Assembly: GCA_002633005.1 (NCBI GenBank) | Contig: NMRA01000021.1 | Location: 1,625,146 to 1,689,145, forward strand | Source: Phoronis australis | Taxonomy: Eukaryota; Animalia; Phoronida | Length of the DNA stretch: 64,000 nucleotides | Reading direction: 5' to 3' | Shown here: one piece after another, positions 1-13,843 of the stretch | Layout: each line of letters opens with the position of its first letter | Numbering within the stretch: position 1 is the first letter of the stretch | Translations under genes and position numbers: made by a program | Notes under the pieces: generated by a model | What the model was told of the DNA's origin: nothing | Database searches by the model: none | What the model saw: only the letters and a program-made list of their open reading frames with translations

Positions 1-1056
1 ACGTTATTCCTCTACTTCATATCAACTGTTCATTCCTGGTGCCATTTTAGTTTGAATTCAGAAAAATGTTTCAACTGAAATTTCCACAGGAACAGCCAGT
101 GAGCGTGTTTATCTTAAATTCTCACTGAATTCTCACTCCAACTTTTGCAAGTCCAAATTCTCACTCAGAAATTTGCTAAGTCTGAAACTGTTTTCTCGTC
201 TAAGAGAAAGAAGGCGACACGGTCACGACTTTAGGGCCTCGAAGAAAATGGCCGATGTTTTCATATGTCTTGCAAAAACTCTGCCTATGGATTGGAAACG
301 AGTTTTAAATGTGAGTACAGTTGAGTATTTGTGAGGATTTAATCATGTTTACTACATCACATAGTCAGTTCTGAAAAGAAAAGGTAGGTACACAAACAAA
401 CCGGCTTAGTGCTTACGTTCACGACTTTAGGTCCTCAGTGTGGATAATGCAGAGTAAAACAAGATGAGGATTGAGAATGTTATTTACTATGATGTAAGTA
501 GAAGAACTATATATGACTCTGCACTCTGCAAGATGGGCATGGAAAAAAACGCCATAATGGCAGTATGAGACCACTGACATGGCCCATCCAAGTTTTTTCT
601 CACTATTTTCACACTGACTGCACCAGCTGTTCAATTCCCACTAGGTTCTCAATGGCATTTCGAACTACCGTATAATGGGTGATTTAGTGAGACTCAAACT
701 GGAATCTGATCACTGGAATCCAATGAGATTCTCACTTTCTTTTTCATATGGGTACAAATTGGCAAACCCTTACAGATTGGCAGTCTGTAACATAACAGCT
801 GGTTGGCAATCCGTAATACATTGGCGGGCTTTTGTCATTGTGCTTTGCCAGACCACAGGCACCTTTCACCAGCTGGTGAGAGTGCCTGTGGTCATACCTG
901 GTGGCGGCACTGTAATGACTGACAACGGTTATTTTCTTCAATATTGAAAACAGTTCAAACTATTCTTACCCTTATCGCTGTCCATTTCCGACGAGTGTTG
1001 CAGCAGTTCTCATTTATCCAGCACTCAAGCTATATATGTTGCTCATTGGTCAACGC

Positions 1057-1103
1057 CACAGGCGCTTGGGTTTATCGCAAATGACGTCACAATATATATA
1101 TAT

Positions 1104-1148
<45 letters not shown>

Positions 1149-1180
1149 GACGTCATTTGCGATAAACCCAAGCGCCTGTG
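1057..1180. mobile_element. 124-bp palindromic MITE with (TA)n core and 8-bp TSD (P-element/hAT-like)
   Basis: Perfect ~37-bp inverted arms CACAGGCGCTTGGGTTTATCGCAAATGACGTCACAAT ... ATTGTGACGTCATTTGCGATAAACCCAAGCGCCTGTG around a TA microsatellite; exact direct repeat GTCAACGC at 1049-1056 and 1181-1188; CA...TG termini. Confidence 0.85.
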
Positions 1181-4048
1181 GTCAACGCCAGGAATTAACA
1201 TGCACTACTGCGCATGCGCTAAATCTTTCCATAAGAAATACACAAGAACAGCATTTCTTCGAAAGCCAACACTGTGTGTATTATCATTTTGCGCGGTAGA
1301 CGGCGCTTTTGTAAACATGGTGGCTAGCGATTTCTGGTTCAGGCAGTAGGCCTATCGCGTTTTTGAATCAATGTAAATGTTACTGAACAACTGTTGTAAA
1401 TGCCGACTCAGATCAATATCCGAACCTGGAATCTAACCTGGGCCAGCCATGTACGCCTGCACGATGATACTTGCTTAAAACTTGAGTTAAAAGGGGTTTG
1501 AATTGAACTGTAAATTTCATGTTGCATGGTGATTTTCGACACATCACTGTGACTGTGCCGTGGCCGCTTGGACTTCGACTTCAGAGTTCTGAGTCTTATC
1601 ACACCTAACTACTTTGGAAACAAGTCGGATATAATATTCCCTGGTTTTGAGAATGACGCTATCAATATGTTGTAATAACTTCAGTGCAGGTTCACTAGTT
1701 GGGATTCGGGCTGTTAGTGTTAGCCAGATGGAACTCACCAGTGACTGCAATGCCTACTGACCAGGCGAATACATGTGTTGTTGGTCACTTTACACTAGGG
1801 AAAAATGGGGAAAAAAACAACAGGACAAGGACATGGTCAAAAAAGTTGATGAAAATGAATGTAACAACTGAATAACATTCCTGTTATTCAGGAATAACAT
1901 GCCTGTTATTCAGTAGATTAGATAGTGACCACCGTCTCTAGCTGGCTCCAGTAGAGACAGTGAAGCTCCTCTAGGAGCTTCATACATTGATAGATTTTCG
2001 GTGACTTCACACTGATCAAAACATGAAAGTCATGTTGTGTAAGTACCCCTTGCTTATAGAGGGACACCTTAGGTACCTACTGATGTCTTTAATTTCTTCC
2101 AACTCAAACAAATACTCCTATAATGTAAATTTTTCTTCAATCAGTCCTTGGTTCAGTTGCCCAAATTGTCAACTGGCCAGTTTTACACTGCGCACCTACC
2201 TATTTTTACCGCGCCCGCCAGTGTAAGGCATAATTCGCCTTAAATCTTCCGGCGTATGTTACTATCAGTGGATGAAAGTTGTTATCCGTATCAGGGACCA
2301 TAATATCCGAGCAGAGTCATATTTTGTAATTCTGTAATTACAGAATTTCTGCAAAATTTTGATTAAACATATTTCCCATCTGCAGTACTAAAATTGATCA
2401 GCTTGATTAAAATTTTCAGTACAGCCGTAAGTCAACTCACTTGAACACAGATAATTCTAGGAGGCACATCAGTCATGCTAGTAAAAATTGAAAGCCTTTG
2501 CTGTTTACGTATATTTAATTTCAGATGGTGAACTATACTCCACTGAAAAAGGCAAAGTCAAAGACATGCATATTATGTAACAAACTGTTATACTCCGACT
2601 CACGCACACATTTTCGTTAAAAAATGTTGCATTAAAGCAGAGGTACTTGGATTTTTTTGAACTCATTTACATTCAATTCAACAATGATTTGCTGGACACT
2701 AGGCCTGTGTTTATCTGCAGCACATGCGTTTCGTTTTGTTCCAAACTCACACAGCTGCAGTAATCAGCAAGAATGGATGTCAGCATTCTCATTGCTCAGT
2801 CTGAAGATCGACAGAAACATGCACCAATTAATTTGCCATCTGTTTCTAAGAAGCCAACAGGAGCAAAGAGATTGTTAAATTTTGAGTCCGTGTTAGTTGA
2901 CCATGGGTATTCAGTGTCTGAAGATTATCAACAATCAAACCCTTTCCTGTCAAACGTGTCTAAAGATTCAACTGAGCAACTTGATGGGAAACTGTTGTTT
3001 AAAATCAGTACACCTGTGGATGATTTTTGCAAGACTTCAGAAAAAGGTGTGCGTAGACTTCCCATGAGGGACCTGGATGAGAAGCTGCTTCTTTGGAAAA
3101 TTGTGAAAGAAGTGGAAAAGCGTCCTTATGGGCTACCACTTCTGTGTGTCATTCACTTCATATTGCTGTGACTAAGAATGACTTCATTGTAGCAATAATG
3201 TATGGGATACTTGTAGATGTTTGCCAAAAATCCTCATCATGCTGACAATGGTGTATGTTTGAACATATTTCAGATGGATCACATTTATAGCTTATAATTG
3301 TTTTTAACATATATTTTTAGCAAAGGTGACATAGTTGATGACAGCAATTAGGTCGTTGATATATTCCATTAAAAATTCTCCAGATTGAGACAGCCTCCTA
3401 AATTCAGAACACAGAAATCACGGTTGAAATTTAATTTTTTCGTCCTGAAATTTGAGGCGTGAATGATGTGTATATTTTCGTACTTTTCAAATTCCTAAAG
3501 CTATGTTGTAGCATAGCAGGTTGCAAGTATACTCCTGTAAGTTCATAAAAAGTGACTCTCGTGACAAACATTTAATAAATTGTCACCATTCCCCTTGAAT
3601 TTCTGACACACTATTGTATGAATTTCTAAAAATTGGGACAAGCTCCGACTTTGATCAAAATAATTATTCACTGTCACAAACTAGAGAATTTTTGCATAAT
3701 TAATTTTTGAAATTCAGTATGTAGAACTGTAAAACTGATGGATGACTGTTCTTGTTTATAAGAGGATCTGCTTTAAGAAAAATGGTTGTAAAAGTGATGA
3801 CAATTTATTGTTTACTTTTTGATATTTCGTGATGGTGTGGTAGTTTACACCATCTTTAAAAACGTCAGTGACGAAAGGTAGAAATCATAAGTGACAACAG
3901 ATATCAATAGTCCATTTCAGTTAATGACTCTGAAGCAGATAATAGTGGCAGTACCCCTGTGGTTAAAGAGTCTTGACATAATGCTTTCGATTTAAAAATT
4001 GTGAGGGACTTTCTGATATGTAAGCTATGAGTGTTTTTTTTTCACAAG

Positions 4049-4050
<2 letters not shown>

Positions 4051-4082
<32 letters not shown>
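4051..4082. repeat. (GT)n microsatellite
   Basis: Uninterrupted GT dinucleotide run. Confidence 0.95.
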
Positions 4083-4084
<2 letters not shown>

Positions 4085-5179
4085 AAATCATTGGCATAGT
4101 GAGTTAGCCACTGAATGACCTCAGTGCTTAATATGCTTAAAGGGCTTGTGATCATTTAGTTGGTTAGACTGGTACATACCAAGGGAACTTGTGCCATGTG
4201 ATAAAACGTTATTGTTTACATATGTTTTGGAAAAAACAAATGGTTTAAGGAGATAATGAAACGTTACAATTCTGTCTTTAGCATCTAAGGTCAATGCATA
4301 ATACAGAATTCTTTTACATAAACATTTAAAATGTTATAGATTTTGGATTTCCTATATATAGTAAAGGTTAAGAATACATGCCTACATGATGTTCTCTGCA
4401 CACTTGTTGCTTTGATAACACTGTCACTGATGGTGTTACTCTATCAAAAATTAAAGGGCAATGTGACAGTAAAATCACCCATGAAAATCTTATTTAAATG
4501 AGTCAGATGTGGATTTCCGACTCTGTCCCAATTTTTGTACTTCAGGGTGATCTAAAAGGGCTGTTGGGTTCCTTGTTAATTCCAGGTTGTCGTGTCTCGT
4601 GGGAGGCATATTTTATTAGTGCATCTGCATTGAATAAATTTATGTTTTTGATTATTTTTGGCAGCTTTCCCAGATTTTCGTAAAACTTCCAGTCTCAGAT
4701 TTGGAAATTCTGGGTATTAGAAAAGGCATAAAATTTGGTGCTGTAAAACCTGTTGTGATACGAATAGATGTTATTGAAAGTATATTTGTCTGCATTAAAC
4801 TCACCATTCTAACACAATGTGTCCTTTGTTGATTACCACAATTGCCACGTTGGAAGCTAATTCCATGTTTTAGGAGCTAATACCTTGTTTTGCAAGCGTT
4901 TCACACCATCACTTGTTGATGTCAGAGCCTCAGGGTTAGCATACATGTAAACTAGGTGATAATTTCCTTTAATTGTATCACTAATTGGAACACGTAGGCG
5001 GATTTAGAGGGGGGGGGGGCAGGAGCTGCCGCAAGCAAAATGGAACAGCAACAGCGCGAAGCGTGAGGAAATATAACTAGGACCGGTACTGGAGAAGGGG
5101 GGGGGGGAGACCCCAGATCGTGGCGGGCTCTCTTTAATGTTTCTTTATTTTTTTAAATTTCATTTAGTCGATAGATTTC

Positions 5180-6650
5180 CCGAACAGAAGGTTCATACAG
5201 CGGACCCCCGCAACTTTCGGGATGCCTGTACACACACAACCATGCTCTGCTGCCCAATTCCCCGAGGCAACATGTTGGGGGCCCCCCGGGGCCGAGGCTG
5301 CAGACTTCGTGATTACTTCTTGGGGCGTGTGATCAGACTCCAAAGTAAACGGACTTCCATGTATGTATGTGTGGAATCGTCGGCACCAAAAACACATGCT
5401 AACAATTTGTGCTCAATGTTAGCATATCGCTGTTCAGTTGGCGTGCTTTTGGAGGCAAAGGCTATCGGTTTACCATCCTGTATGAGGGCAGCTCCCAAGG
5501 ATGTCTGCGAAGCATCGACTTGGATTGTAGTTCCTATGGATTGAAATATCGTACGCTACTAGCAGGTTGGATGCGGGACTTCAGTTTGTCAAAAGCCTGT
5601 TGGTGTTCTGGGCACGACTGATAATCGGCATCTTTTTTCAGGAGCTGTCGTAGTGGTCCTGTTGTGTTGCTCAGCTTAGGAGCATATAATGCCAAGTACG
5701 TAACCATTCCAAGAAATGACTGTAGTTCAGTGACGCTGGAAGGTTCTTTAAGTTCGACAGTTGCTTGTGCACTAGCTCTTGGGGTCTGGTCGAACACCAT
5801 CTTTGGAGTAAATGTTTCCTAAGAAGGAGATTTCAGGAACCTTGATGATGCACTTGCTTGGATTGAACGCAAGGCCCATCTTGCATCAGCGCATGAAGAT
5901 TGTCCTCGTACTCTTGATCAGTGCTGCCAAATACTGTGATGTCGTCCGCTATAGATATGACGCCCTGTAAACCTGTAAGTATTTCGTCCATGGCTGCTTG
6001 GAACTGATCGTGGCTTGTTCGCAATACAAATGGAAGTCGCTGGAAACAAAAGCGGCCAAATGGGTTGTTAAATGTGGAAAGGAGCTGGCTCTCTGCATCG
6101 ACTTGGACAGACCAGTACCCAGATTTGGCATCGAGCTTGGAAAACAGTTGCGCTTGCGAGTTTTTGCGTTGTTTCTTCCAAGGTAGGGATAAAATGCTGT
6201 CCCAGTTTTAAAGCTAAGTTCAGGTCCTTGGGGCGAGACATATACGCAAACTACCATCTACTTTTTGGACGTATGTGATGCAAGATACCAAGTCAGTGGG
6301 CTCATCTATCTTCTAAATGACACCGAGGGTCTACATCCGGTTTAATTCTGCCTTGATTTTATCTCTTAGCAGCACACTGAGTGGCGCTCGTCTGGGTGAG
6401 TGTTTCGGTTTAGCATTGTCAATGAGGGCTTACATGGTTTTGCAAACTTCCCTATCCCGTCAAATCTGTCAGGGTGACACCGTCTGAGGTCTTCGTTACT
6501 GCTGATGATCTGTCTTCGCGGCGTAGACTGTACTGAACAATTGACTGTGATGAGGCCAAGGGTTTGGCACAACTGTTTACCAAACAAAATTGGTCCTTTC
6601 ACTATGACAGTCCTGTCCTTCACTGAGACGAAAAATGGGATCTCTAGCAC
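5180..6650 (-). mobile_element. Decayed Ty3/Gypsy LTR retrotransposon pol fragment (RT + RNase H)
   Basis: Minus-strand frames give FSKLDAKSGYW..., FNNPFGRFCFQRLPF, FQAAMDEILTGLQGVISIADDITVFG (RT DD motif), ELQSFLGMVTYL, GAALIQDGKPIAFASKS.PTEQRYANIE and FHTYIHGSPFTLESDH (RNase H); many frameshifts; no LTRs or integrase seen. Boundaries approximate. Confidence 0.9.
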
Positions 6651-7099
6651 AATTATGATAGGCTAACAAGGTCACCTAAGCAGTAAATCTCGAGCGGTAA
6701 GCCGGAGCAAGAAACTTGTGTCACAATGGTGATAGCGCTTGAAAACTCAATTTACTGGGCCTCAGAAAATCTCGAATAACTCGATAACGGCAAGACCTAG
6801 AGAAAACCAAATAGCACAGTTGTGATAGGCCTTGAAATGATCTGTCCACAGAAAAAAAAAATCTGAACAAATCCCACCAGAAACAACGGAGCTATGACTC
6901 CGCAAACCAAAAATAGGAAAATGGCTGCCACAGCAACGTCTTGTGTACGATTTTAACCAGACATACGTTGTGTGTAAATTTCAAGTTGATCTGATAAGAA
7001 CTGCCATCTGTAGCGGGCGACCAAAGAAATAAAGAAACAAACAAAACAATAGTTTTGACAAAGCAACAGACTGCGAAATTTCATATCACCAAGTAAAAA

Positions 7100-8085
7100 T
7101 GAAAATTCTCGGATCAAGCGACACCTGGAGAAATGGAATGAAGAACTTACAATTAAGGATGACTACGCAAACAAGAACTCCGACGTCTCGACCGCGTTAT
7201 AGACATCGAAGAACTGGTGGCACTGGCTGAACAACACCTATGATGCTGCCAGCAACTGCCTTGCTGGACAGTGGGTCAACAATGATGACAATACTGGAAC
7301 TCACCATTACAAAGTTACACATAATGAGTGAGTCTCCGGGCTACGTTTAAAGAGGCGTGGAAGGCGCTCCCTATCCTTCCTCTTCTAAGAAATCTATCCT
7401 GTGTGCAAAATATGACCACAAAGCTCCCTGTGCACAATACCACGAGAGGACAAGTGTTAAAAAAGCTAAGGAAGTCCTGCTTACCCCCAAAGACCCATTC
7501 TTCGCCGAGAAACTGTTCTGAACAATTCCAGAAACAAAGTTCTATTTAACAACCTTCTACACAAAATCGAGCTGGACACAGTGTTCTATTCCTTAGAAAT
7601 GGGGAAAGCTGACGGCGAACATAGCCTATAGAAACGAACAGGCCAGAGCTCGACCAGGTATTGAAAGTCTGGTGCGATCCGCACTGACCTTTGGGAAATG
7701 TCACCATGTGCATTTTCATGCCTCTGTATTGGCAGATGAGTTGCCAAACCATGAACGATGTCCGCGTCCACTTCTACCGTGGGCTGCAAAAGATGCATTC
7801 ACCAAGTGCCACCAATGGACGCCAACGTTCAATTACACGCGATCTGAACATTTCATAAAATTGTTACTGTGGAAGACAGCTGACCACCGGCATACACCAC
7901 CAAAATACACGTTATGCCAGCTTTGGATGGAAAGTCGACAGCTCTGTAGTATATTGGCAACACTATCTGTTGCACAACAAGCCCTGCTTGACTTTATAAG
8001 TTGCCGCTGTTGTACAGAAAAACCGAGATGCATCGACAGACGCTGCAGTTGCAGCAGTACTGACTTGCCCTGTGCAGACTATTAC
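7100..8085 (+). mobile_element. Decayed DNA transposon 3' coding remnant, probably Academ (AcademX-type C-terminal Cys-rich finger)
   Basis: ORF 7672-8337 contains LLLWKTA....PP....LW...LLDFISCRCCTEKPRCIDRRCSCSSTDLPCADY, resembling the CxC..C...CxC....LxC C-terminus of large invertebrate Academ-type proteins; upstream frames broken; truncated by a SINE at ~8091. Confidence 0.5.
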
Positions 8086-8090
8086 AATTC

Positions 8091-8275
8091 AGGAGACAGT
8101 GTGGCTTTGTGGTTTGAGCTCCGGACTCCCGTTTGGGAGACCCGCGGGTTCGAATCCTGGCTTTACTGGCTGACAATCGAGCATTGCACAAAGGTGTCTC
8201 CTCTGAGCTCTCTCATACTATTGAATGTATGCAAGGGAATGAATGAGAACCTGCATATAATGCGAAAGCGATTTC
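8091..8275 (+). mobile_element. tRNA-derived SINE
   Basis: Pol III A box TGGCTTTGTGG (8102-8112) and B box GGTTCGAATCC (8147-8157); body (GAGCATTG...AATGTATGCAAG...GGAATGAATGAGAACC) shared with the copy at ~57231-57400. Confidence 0.75.
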
Positions 8276-10456
8276 CGGGACTGTGCTCATATTTTTTACT
8301 ATTACAATTGAGAGACAGGGGTGTTATTCTGCATTAAGGTTCAACAGCAAAAGCATAGACGCTGACAAATGAAGGACAAGCAGATGCGAATGCCAACTGG
8401 AGTGTACCTGTCATGTGGTGCACCGCCCACACAGTACGGGCTGTGCAGCACTGAAAAAAGTGGGGGAGGCTATAGCCCCACAGCCCCATATGGTGCGCCG
8501 GCCATGTGTAGGCCTACATATATTCACATCAGTGATCAAATCATGGTACTTCGGCCATCACAGGTCATCAAAGGTGCATATAAAACTCAAGTCCCCGCGT
8601 TCTCAATAATAGATCGAATTACACGAAGTAGTAGATAACACTATACCATGAACTAAGTCAAAGACCAATGGAACCAGGCCACATATGAGAGACTCCAACG
8701 GAGGAAAAACTACTTGTACAAAGATAAAATTCTATGGAGACCCGTGACGTGGGAATTAATTGAAGGAAATTAAAATTCAATTATGAGGACATAAAGGATT
8801 TTCTGTTTGTGTACATCTCGTTCGATTTCGTGTTATGCCACACATCTCGTGTATTCAACGAAGCGTGTTGAATTTAATTGAGTTTAATTAAAAACAAATT
8901 AATTACCACTTATTAATTTATTCAAACTTTCAAGTACTACAAAAATGAAAAAAGAACAAAAATGTAACTTAAGATGTATACGAGGTATAACTAATTAGTA
9001 TAACTAATTAAAATGGCATCAAATTAAAGCTGAACTGAGTGACTGAATCATTACTAGCGGTGACAAATGAAAGTACATGGGAATTATGATGTACGACACA
9101 ATACAGGGTTTAATAGCGATTAAAGTGGAATCCAAAAGTCAAGTCACTGTTGTAATTTGACTGCGATCATCTCGTTTGTGATCGTTGTCATTGTCTTCCG
9201 TTCACCAGATTATTTCATTAAGAATGACAGAGGGCTAATTACATTGAACAAGCGTGGTGACTACACCACAGGGAAGACATGACGGCGTTCTGTTGTTCAG
9301 CAACTTTTCCAGACGCGAGGGGTTCTGAACGTGCGATAAAATCTGGCTCCTTTGTTAACTGCCCAGCTCAGTCTTTTGTCCCGTATGATAAAAAGCAGGC
9401 CAATTATCTCCCAGGCTTCAAAGGGTTACTGAAACCTGGCAGAATGGATTGTCTTAACTTCTCTTGTAGTTGGGCGATTTTGCGATTCAAAAACTAAACG
9501 TGATCAGCATTTGACAAGAAAGTCAGAAATGCTATTGGCTTATGTTCACATATGTAATAACTTAACTTTCATTTTTAGCAGCACAGCCCAACCAGGCTAG
9601 ATACGATCTGATCGGAGATTAGAGCAATTATCGAGCAAAAGAAAGCCGGCCATCCAACCATAAACACCAGAATGGAGTTAATCAGTCGTGTAAGATATTG
9701 GCGACAGGGGTGTTATTCCCAACTTGTTGGTGGGCTATACAATGAGCTATTAGCTATTGGGCAACAGAATCGAACAAGTGTCGTCAAGCCCGTTCATGTC
9801 ATCGCTGTAATTGTCAGGCACCGTTGGCTAGTACCCGGTAGAGGAGATGAAGACGCTAGGGCGAAACTATATGGCCGCTATTGGAAATTTGCAAGAAATC
9901 AAAATGCCGGATTCAGGCGGAGGGCAGTTTTCAACAGTTACGCACTGTACAACTACTTACTTCAAATTAAAGCTTCGCCAGTTGTGGTTTTGATTTCCTC
10001 CGTAATACGTCAACTTCCTCAGCGCTTAATCGGTAAAACTGCCTGTCGACCCCGTTTAGAAATGCCAATGTTGAATTGTTAACCTCAGCGCTTTTAGGAT
10101 TAAAACTTTAACACGTTCAACCAATCTTGAATTATTGCCAAATGAGCCGGTAACTCATGTTCGGCAATACATACATGCGCCATTCTCGAATCCGCCATTT
10201 TAGGGTAAGCCAACCCCAACGAAGTCTGAAAGTTTTACTGACGTACTTATTGAGAATGTAAGTAGAAACCACTCACAATAACGAACATTACGAGACTAAC
10301 TCTAAGAGAACAAAAGGCCAAGCTCGATTTTCAAATTTATTCGCTTAAACTGGGCGAAATGCAACATTAGGAATGGAACATAGACAGCTAAATAGCCGTG
10401 AAATGTCCCTCCTAATTTTCATGAGACAAAAGAACGATGTTCTCATTTTAAATCTA

Positions 10457-10462
10457 TTTATT
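10457..10462 (-). terminator. Candidate polyadenylation signal AATAAA for SELENOW
   Basis: TTTATT on plus = AATAAA on minus, followed on the minus strand by a GU/U-rich tract (GTTCTTTTGTC). Confidence 0.5.
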
Positions 10463-11548
10463 TAAACACAACTGGTAAAAACAGTGTACAGTAGCACACA
10501 AGTTATTGAGAACAGAGAGGGAATAATTACACACGACATAACAAAGTGATTAAGGTCAATAAGATACAGTGCAGTAGAGAGTACAGACGCCACCTTTAAA
10601 AAACAGTAATGTAACAAACATTCACAGTTTCAACATTGGTGTGTCTTAAAGGACAACTTGAGAATAATTTAAACAGGACACCATTCAGTCATCAGTACGT
10701 GCAGATGTGAAAGTAACAGGCTAACTCTAAGATTCACAAACAGTGAACAAAAAGACGAGCAAACTGCATCATGGCAAGGCCAACTAGAACAAGAACAAGA
10801 ACTGTTCTCTTCCGTTTCATGATGTGGGGCACAGGAGTTTGCCTACATGTTATTCAAACAAACATCAGAGTTGTGTATGAAACGAAAGAGCTTCGGTTAG
10901 TTAAAACATTTTTGTTTCCCCTCGGCACACACTCCTCGGAGATGCGTGTCATGAATGCTGCATTCACACAGGTTACCTCTACCGTTCACCACTGCCTTCA
11001 GACAAGCAATACCATATACTTTGTTTCCTCAAATGTTTGTTTAGTAGAAATTGCATAGGGATTATACAAAGGCCGTATAATCATTAGGCCAAAAACAATA
11101 GCGCAAAGTTTCTTGTATGGGGTGAAATCGTGTTTATAGTTGTCCATAAAAAACATAACCTAATGCCAGCTGAAATAAGTCAAGATCTTTTTTCCCAGTG
11201 TTGCCTTTAGCCAACTGAAATGATGGAATGATTGATGGTAAAATATTCCATTTCATTGTAGAAACCCGCTCACTTCTGATGCAAACCTGTCTTGTTTTTA
11301 CAATTTCAAAAATAAACAAGTCAGATTGCAAAATTAATGAAGTATTTTGAGTGGCACATATTTACCGTCTATCTTGAAAGGCCAAAATTAATTTCATTTT
11401 TTCACACCATACACCAGCTCCAAATGATATGTTGCCAGACTCTTGTGGTAAATAAATAAGAAAATTATAATAATTCCTATTGTAAAAAAACTCCAATGAC
11501 ACACGATGAGGGTGTGTTCAACTTGCCAGCAGTGATGAGAGTAAACAA

Positions 11549-11621
11549 TTCGGACCATCTGTTAACATCAAAGATGAACCAGGCCATTTCAGTCACATCC
11601 CATCATAGGTAAACGTCCGAA
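11549..11621 (-). promoter_or_regulatory. SECIS element (selenocysteine insertion sequence)
   Basis: Minus strand: TTCGGAC gtttacct ATGAT GGGATG T GACTG AAA tggcc TGGTT CATCTT TGATG ttaacagatg GTCCGAA. Helix I TTCGGAC/GTCCGAA is perfect; AUGA/GA kink-turn quartet (11606-11603 / 11569-11568); ~11-bp helix II with G-U pairs; apical AAA (11589-11587). Confidence 0.93.
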
Positions 11622-11703
11622 ATGTTCTGTCCCCAGGGGCCCGACTGAAACATAAACAAGACCTAAATCAAACAAAGATGATGTTCCCTCAGTAATCCTG
11701 ACT

Positions 11704-11752
11704 AGCAGCAGCAGTAGCAGCAGCACAACAGAAGCACGGCAGCAGCAGCAGT

Positions 11753-11783
<31 letters not shown>
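11704..11783. repeat. Imperfect (CAG)n/(CTG)n trinucleotide repeat in the SELENOW last intron
   Basis: AGCAGCAGC... run with a few interruptions; reads (CUG)n in the SELENOW pre-mRNA, ~60 nt upstream of the exon 6 acceptor. Confidence 0.9.
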
Positions 11784-13784
11784 TTTTTAAGAAAAGTCAA
11801 TATAATCTTTTCTTGTCGAAAATTAGTAAAATTTCTTAGCAATGTACTATGGCCAATTTTCAGGCAATTTTGTGTGTAAACTTTGCCTCATTTCCTTCTG
11901 GCTTATTGCCACAGACAACCTCAAAGGAGCTTAACAATTTTCCAAAAAATATCCATGAACTTTCTTTAAAAACAAGCTGTTGTTTTTCAATATTACCACT
12001 TCAGGAGCATTCAACATGCTCTGGTCCCAAGAATTGATAATTATGTAATTTGTTACAATTTAATATATTCTACTTTCTAAGCAATTACCAGTTGGTTTAT
12101 CACTGGAACCAATACTACTTTGAGCAAATTATTTCCCAGCATGTTGGGATTTTGCCTCGGGAAGAGTACAGTAGTGCTTGCAATAAATTGACACCTGGAA
12201 GAGCTCTGACCAAATTTAGTTTTTCCAGGAACACTTTCACACCTGGAAGTTTTCTGGAATTCTACCAAACTAGCTACATCATATAAATATGACAGTGGCC
12301 TTCAAAAGCTGACCCAATTCATTTTGAAAAGTACTGCAGTATTCATGTATTGAAGTTACGAGTGATTCACCCACAGCTACCTAAATAAAATTTTTATCCT
12401 TTTAAAAAGGATACCAAACCTGGTTTCGGCCTATTAACACGAACTAAAAACAACTTTCCCATCCAGTTCTGAGAAATAAAATAATGCTCCGGAACCCTCA
12501 AAAGTTTGGAGGAAAATTTGAAAACTCCTTTCTAAGTCTGCTAAACGGGCAAGCGTGACCTACACTTTTAGTGAATTACACCACAACTGTGGGAAAAGAA
12601 AACCCACCAAGGACAATAGTGTCCAATCTGTGAGGTACGGACTATGAGTTTTTAGTTGCCTTAACTTGGAAGACTGACACCACTGATGCATAAGCAGGTG
12701 ACATAATGAGGATTGGTGGAATTCATCAAAACAGGGTTTAGTATACTTTTAAGGTAGGTACGCCCTTTTGAATGACATACTTTCGACCTGGATGAATCAT
12801 AACTTATGTCAGCTTAATGCAGTACTTTTTTCCAAGGAATTTCTTGTTATTGTTGATGCCTCCGTCAGCGATTATTCTTGTACAAGTTGTACACCAGGAG
12901 TTCACCCAGTTGAACTGGGCTACTAAACCTGATTGATAACAGTAGAATGACGTCATCTCACAAATAGATGCCTATCTGCCACATTTTATGAAAATCTGTT
13001 AGACCTTTGAAGATACGGAGCAAAGGTAAAAAAACTAAAATTGCCACAAAGGGACAAACAAGCAGTCGGATCTGTCCAAAAGTTCGCTCATGCCGTCCCA
13101 TGTGTAAAAACACATGTGCGAAATTTCATGAACATGCAACAAAGGGATTTTGGAGACAGAGCAGCAGACGCAGGACGGATACTGGACGTACACTGGACCG
13201 ATGGACGATGGCATAATGCGCCCACATAAAAAAGGAAGCTTACAACAGAGAAATAAAAATGCCACAAAGGAACACATCACAAGGCATCCAAAATTGGTGT
13301 GCTGCCTGCTTTTTTCACAAATAACAATAACGGGATTTGGCAGACACAAAGAGAGACACAAAATGATTTAAGGGGGAACAGCACTTGTTAGAATCAAGCT
13401 AGTAGCTGCAATCACCTACAAAACAGTACGGCCACTAGTGGGTGATGTGGTAATCAAATTGCCTTCACATAACTTGCTGTCACGTTTCAGTCACATTTGA
13501 CAATCAGATTAAAAACCGGACGATCGCCGCACAAATAAAAAAGTCTGTAAGTATTATCTGCAGAGAACCTAATGAGGAGTTACTGTACATTAAGGAGTCA
13601 TTGGCCATTCAGAACCAGCATGCCACTGATTCTCTGAATAACATGCAGAGCTCATTGACCCTGCAACTATGGTGATGACCAGCTACTGGCTATATTCTAT
13701 GTATCTCTCACTTCATTCTATGGATGTAACCTGAGCTGTATGTTGGCACTGTTGTAAATATGATCCTGATGATGTCCAATGAAN

Positions 13785-13804
13785 TGTGTGTGTGTGTGTG
13801 TGTG

Positions 13805-13842
<38 letters not shown>
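13785..13842. repeat. (TG)n/(CA)n microsatellite adjoining a contig join
   Basis: TG run immediately after N at 13784; reads (CA)n just inside the SELENOW exon 5 donor. Confidence 0.9.

Positions 13843-13843
<1 letters not shown>

Larger units (their letters stand above)
10440..11644 (-). other. SELENOW: SELENOW exon 6 (non-coding 3'UTR exon carrying the SECIS)
   Basis: Acceptor cttgtttatgtttcag|TCGGG at 11645/11644, 23 nt before the SECIS; pairs with donor CTTG|gtaggt at 13857/13856. 3' end inferred from AATAAA at 10457-10462 (approximate). Confidence 0.7.

Noticed and set aside
2657-3550. ORF 2773-3171 with a DHGY motif and nearby DHIY and CCSIAGC fragments suggesting a THAP-type protein
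   Set aside because: Motifs are too short and no consistent exon chain or CxxHF was found; possibly a decayed transposon but unassignable by eye.
11704-11783. CAG repeat as a polyglutamine coding exon
   Set aside because: No supporting ORF or splice context on the plus strand; it lies within the SELENOW last intron.
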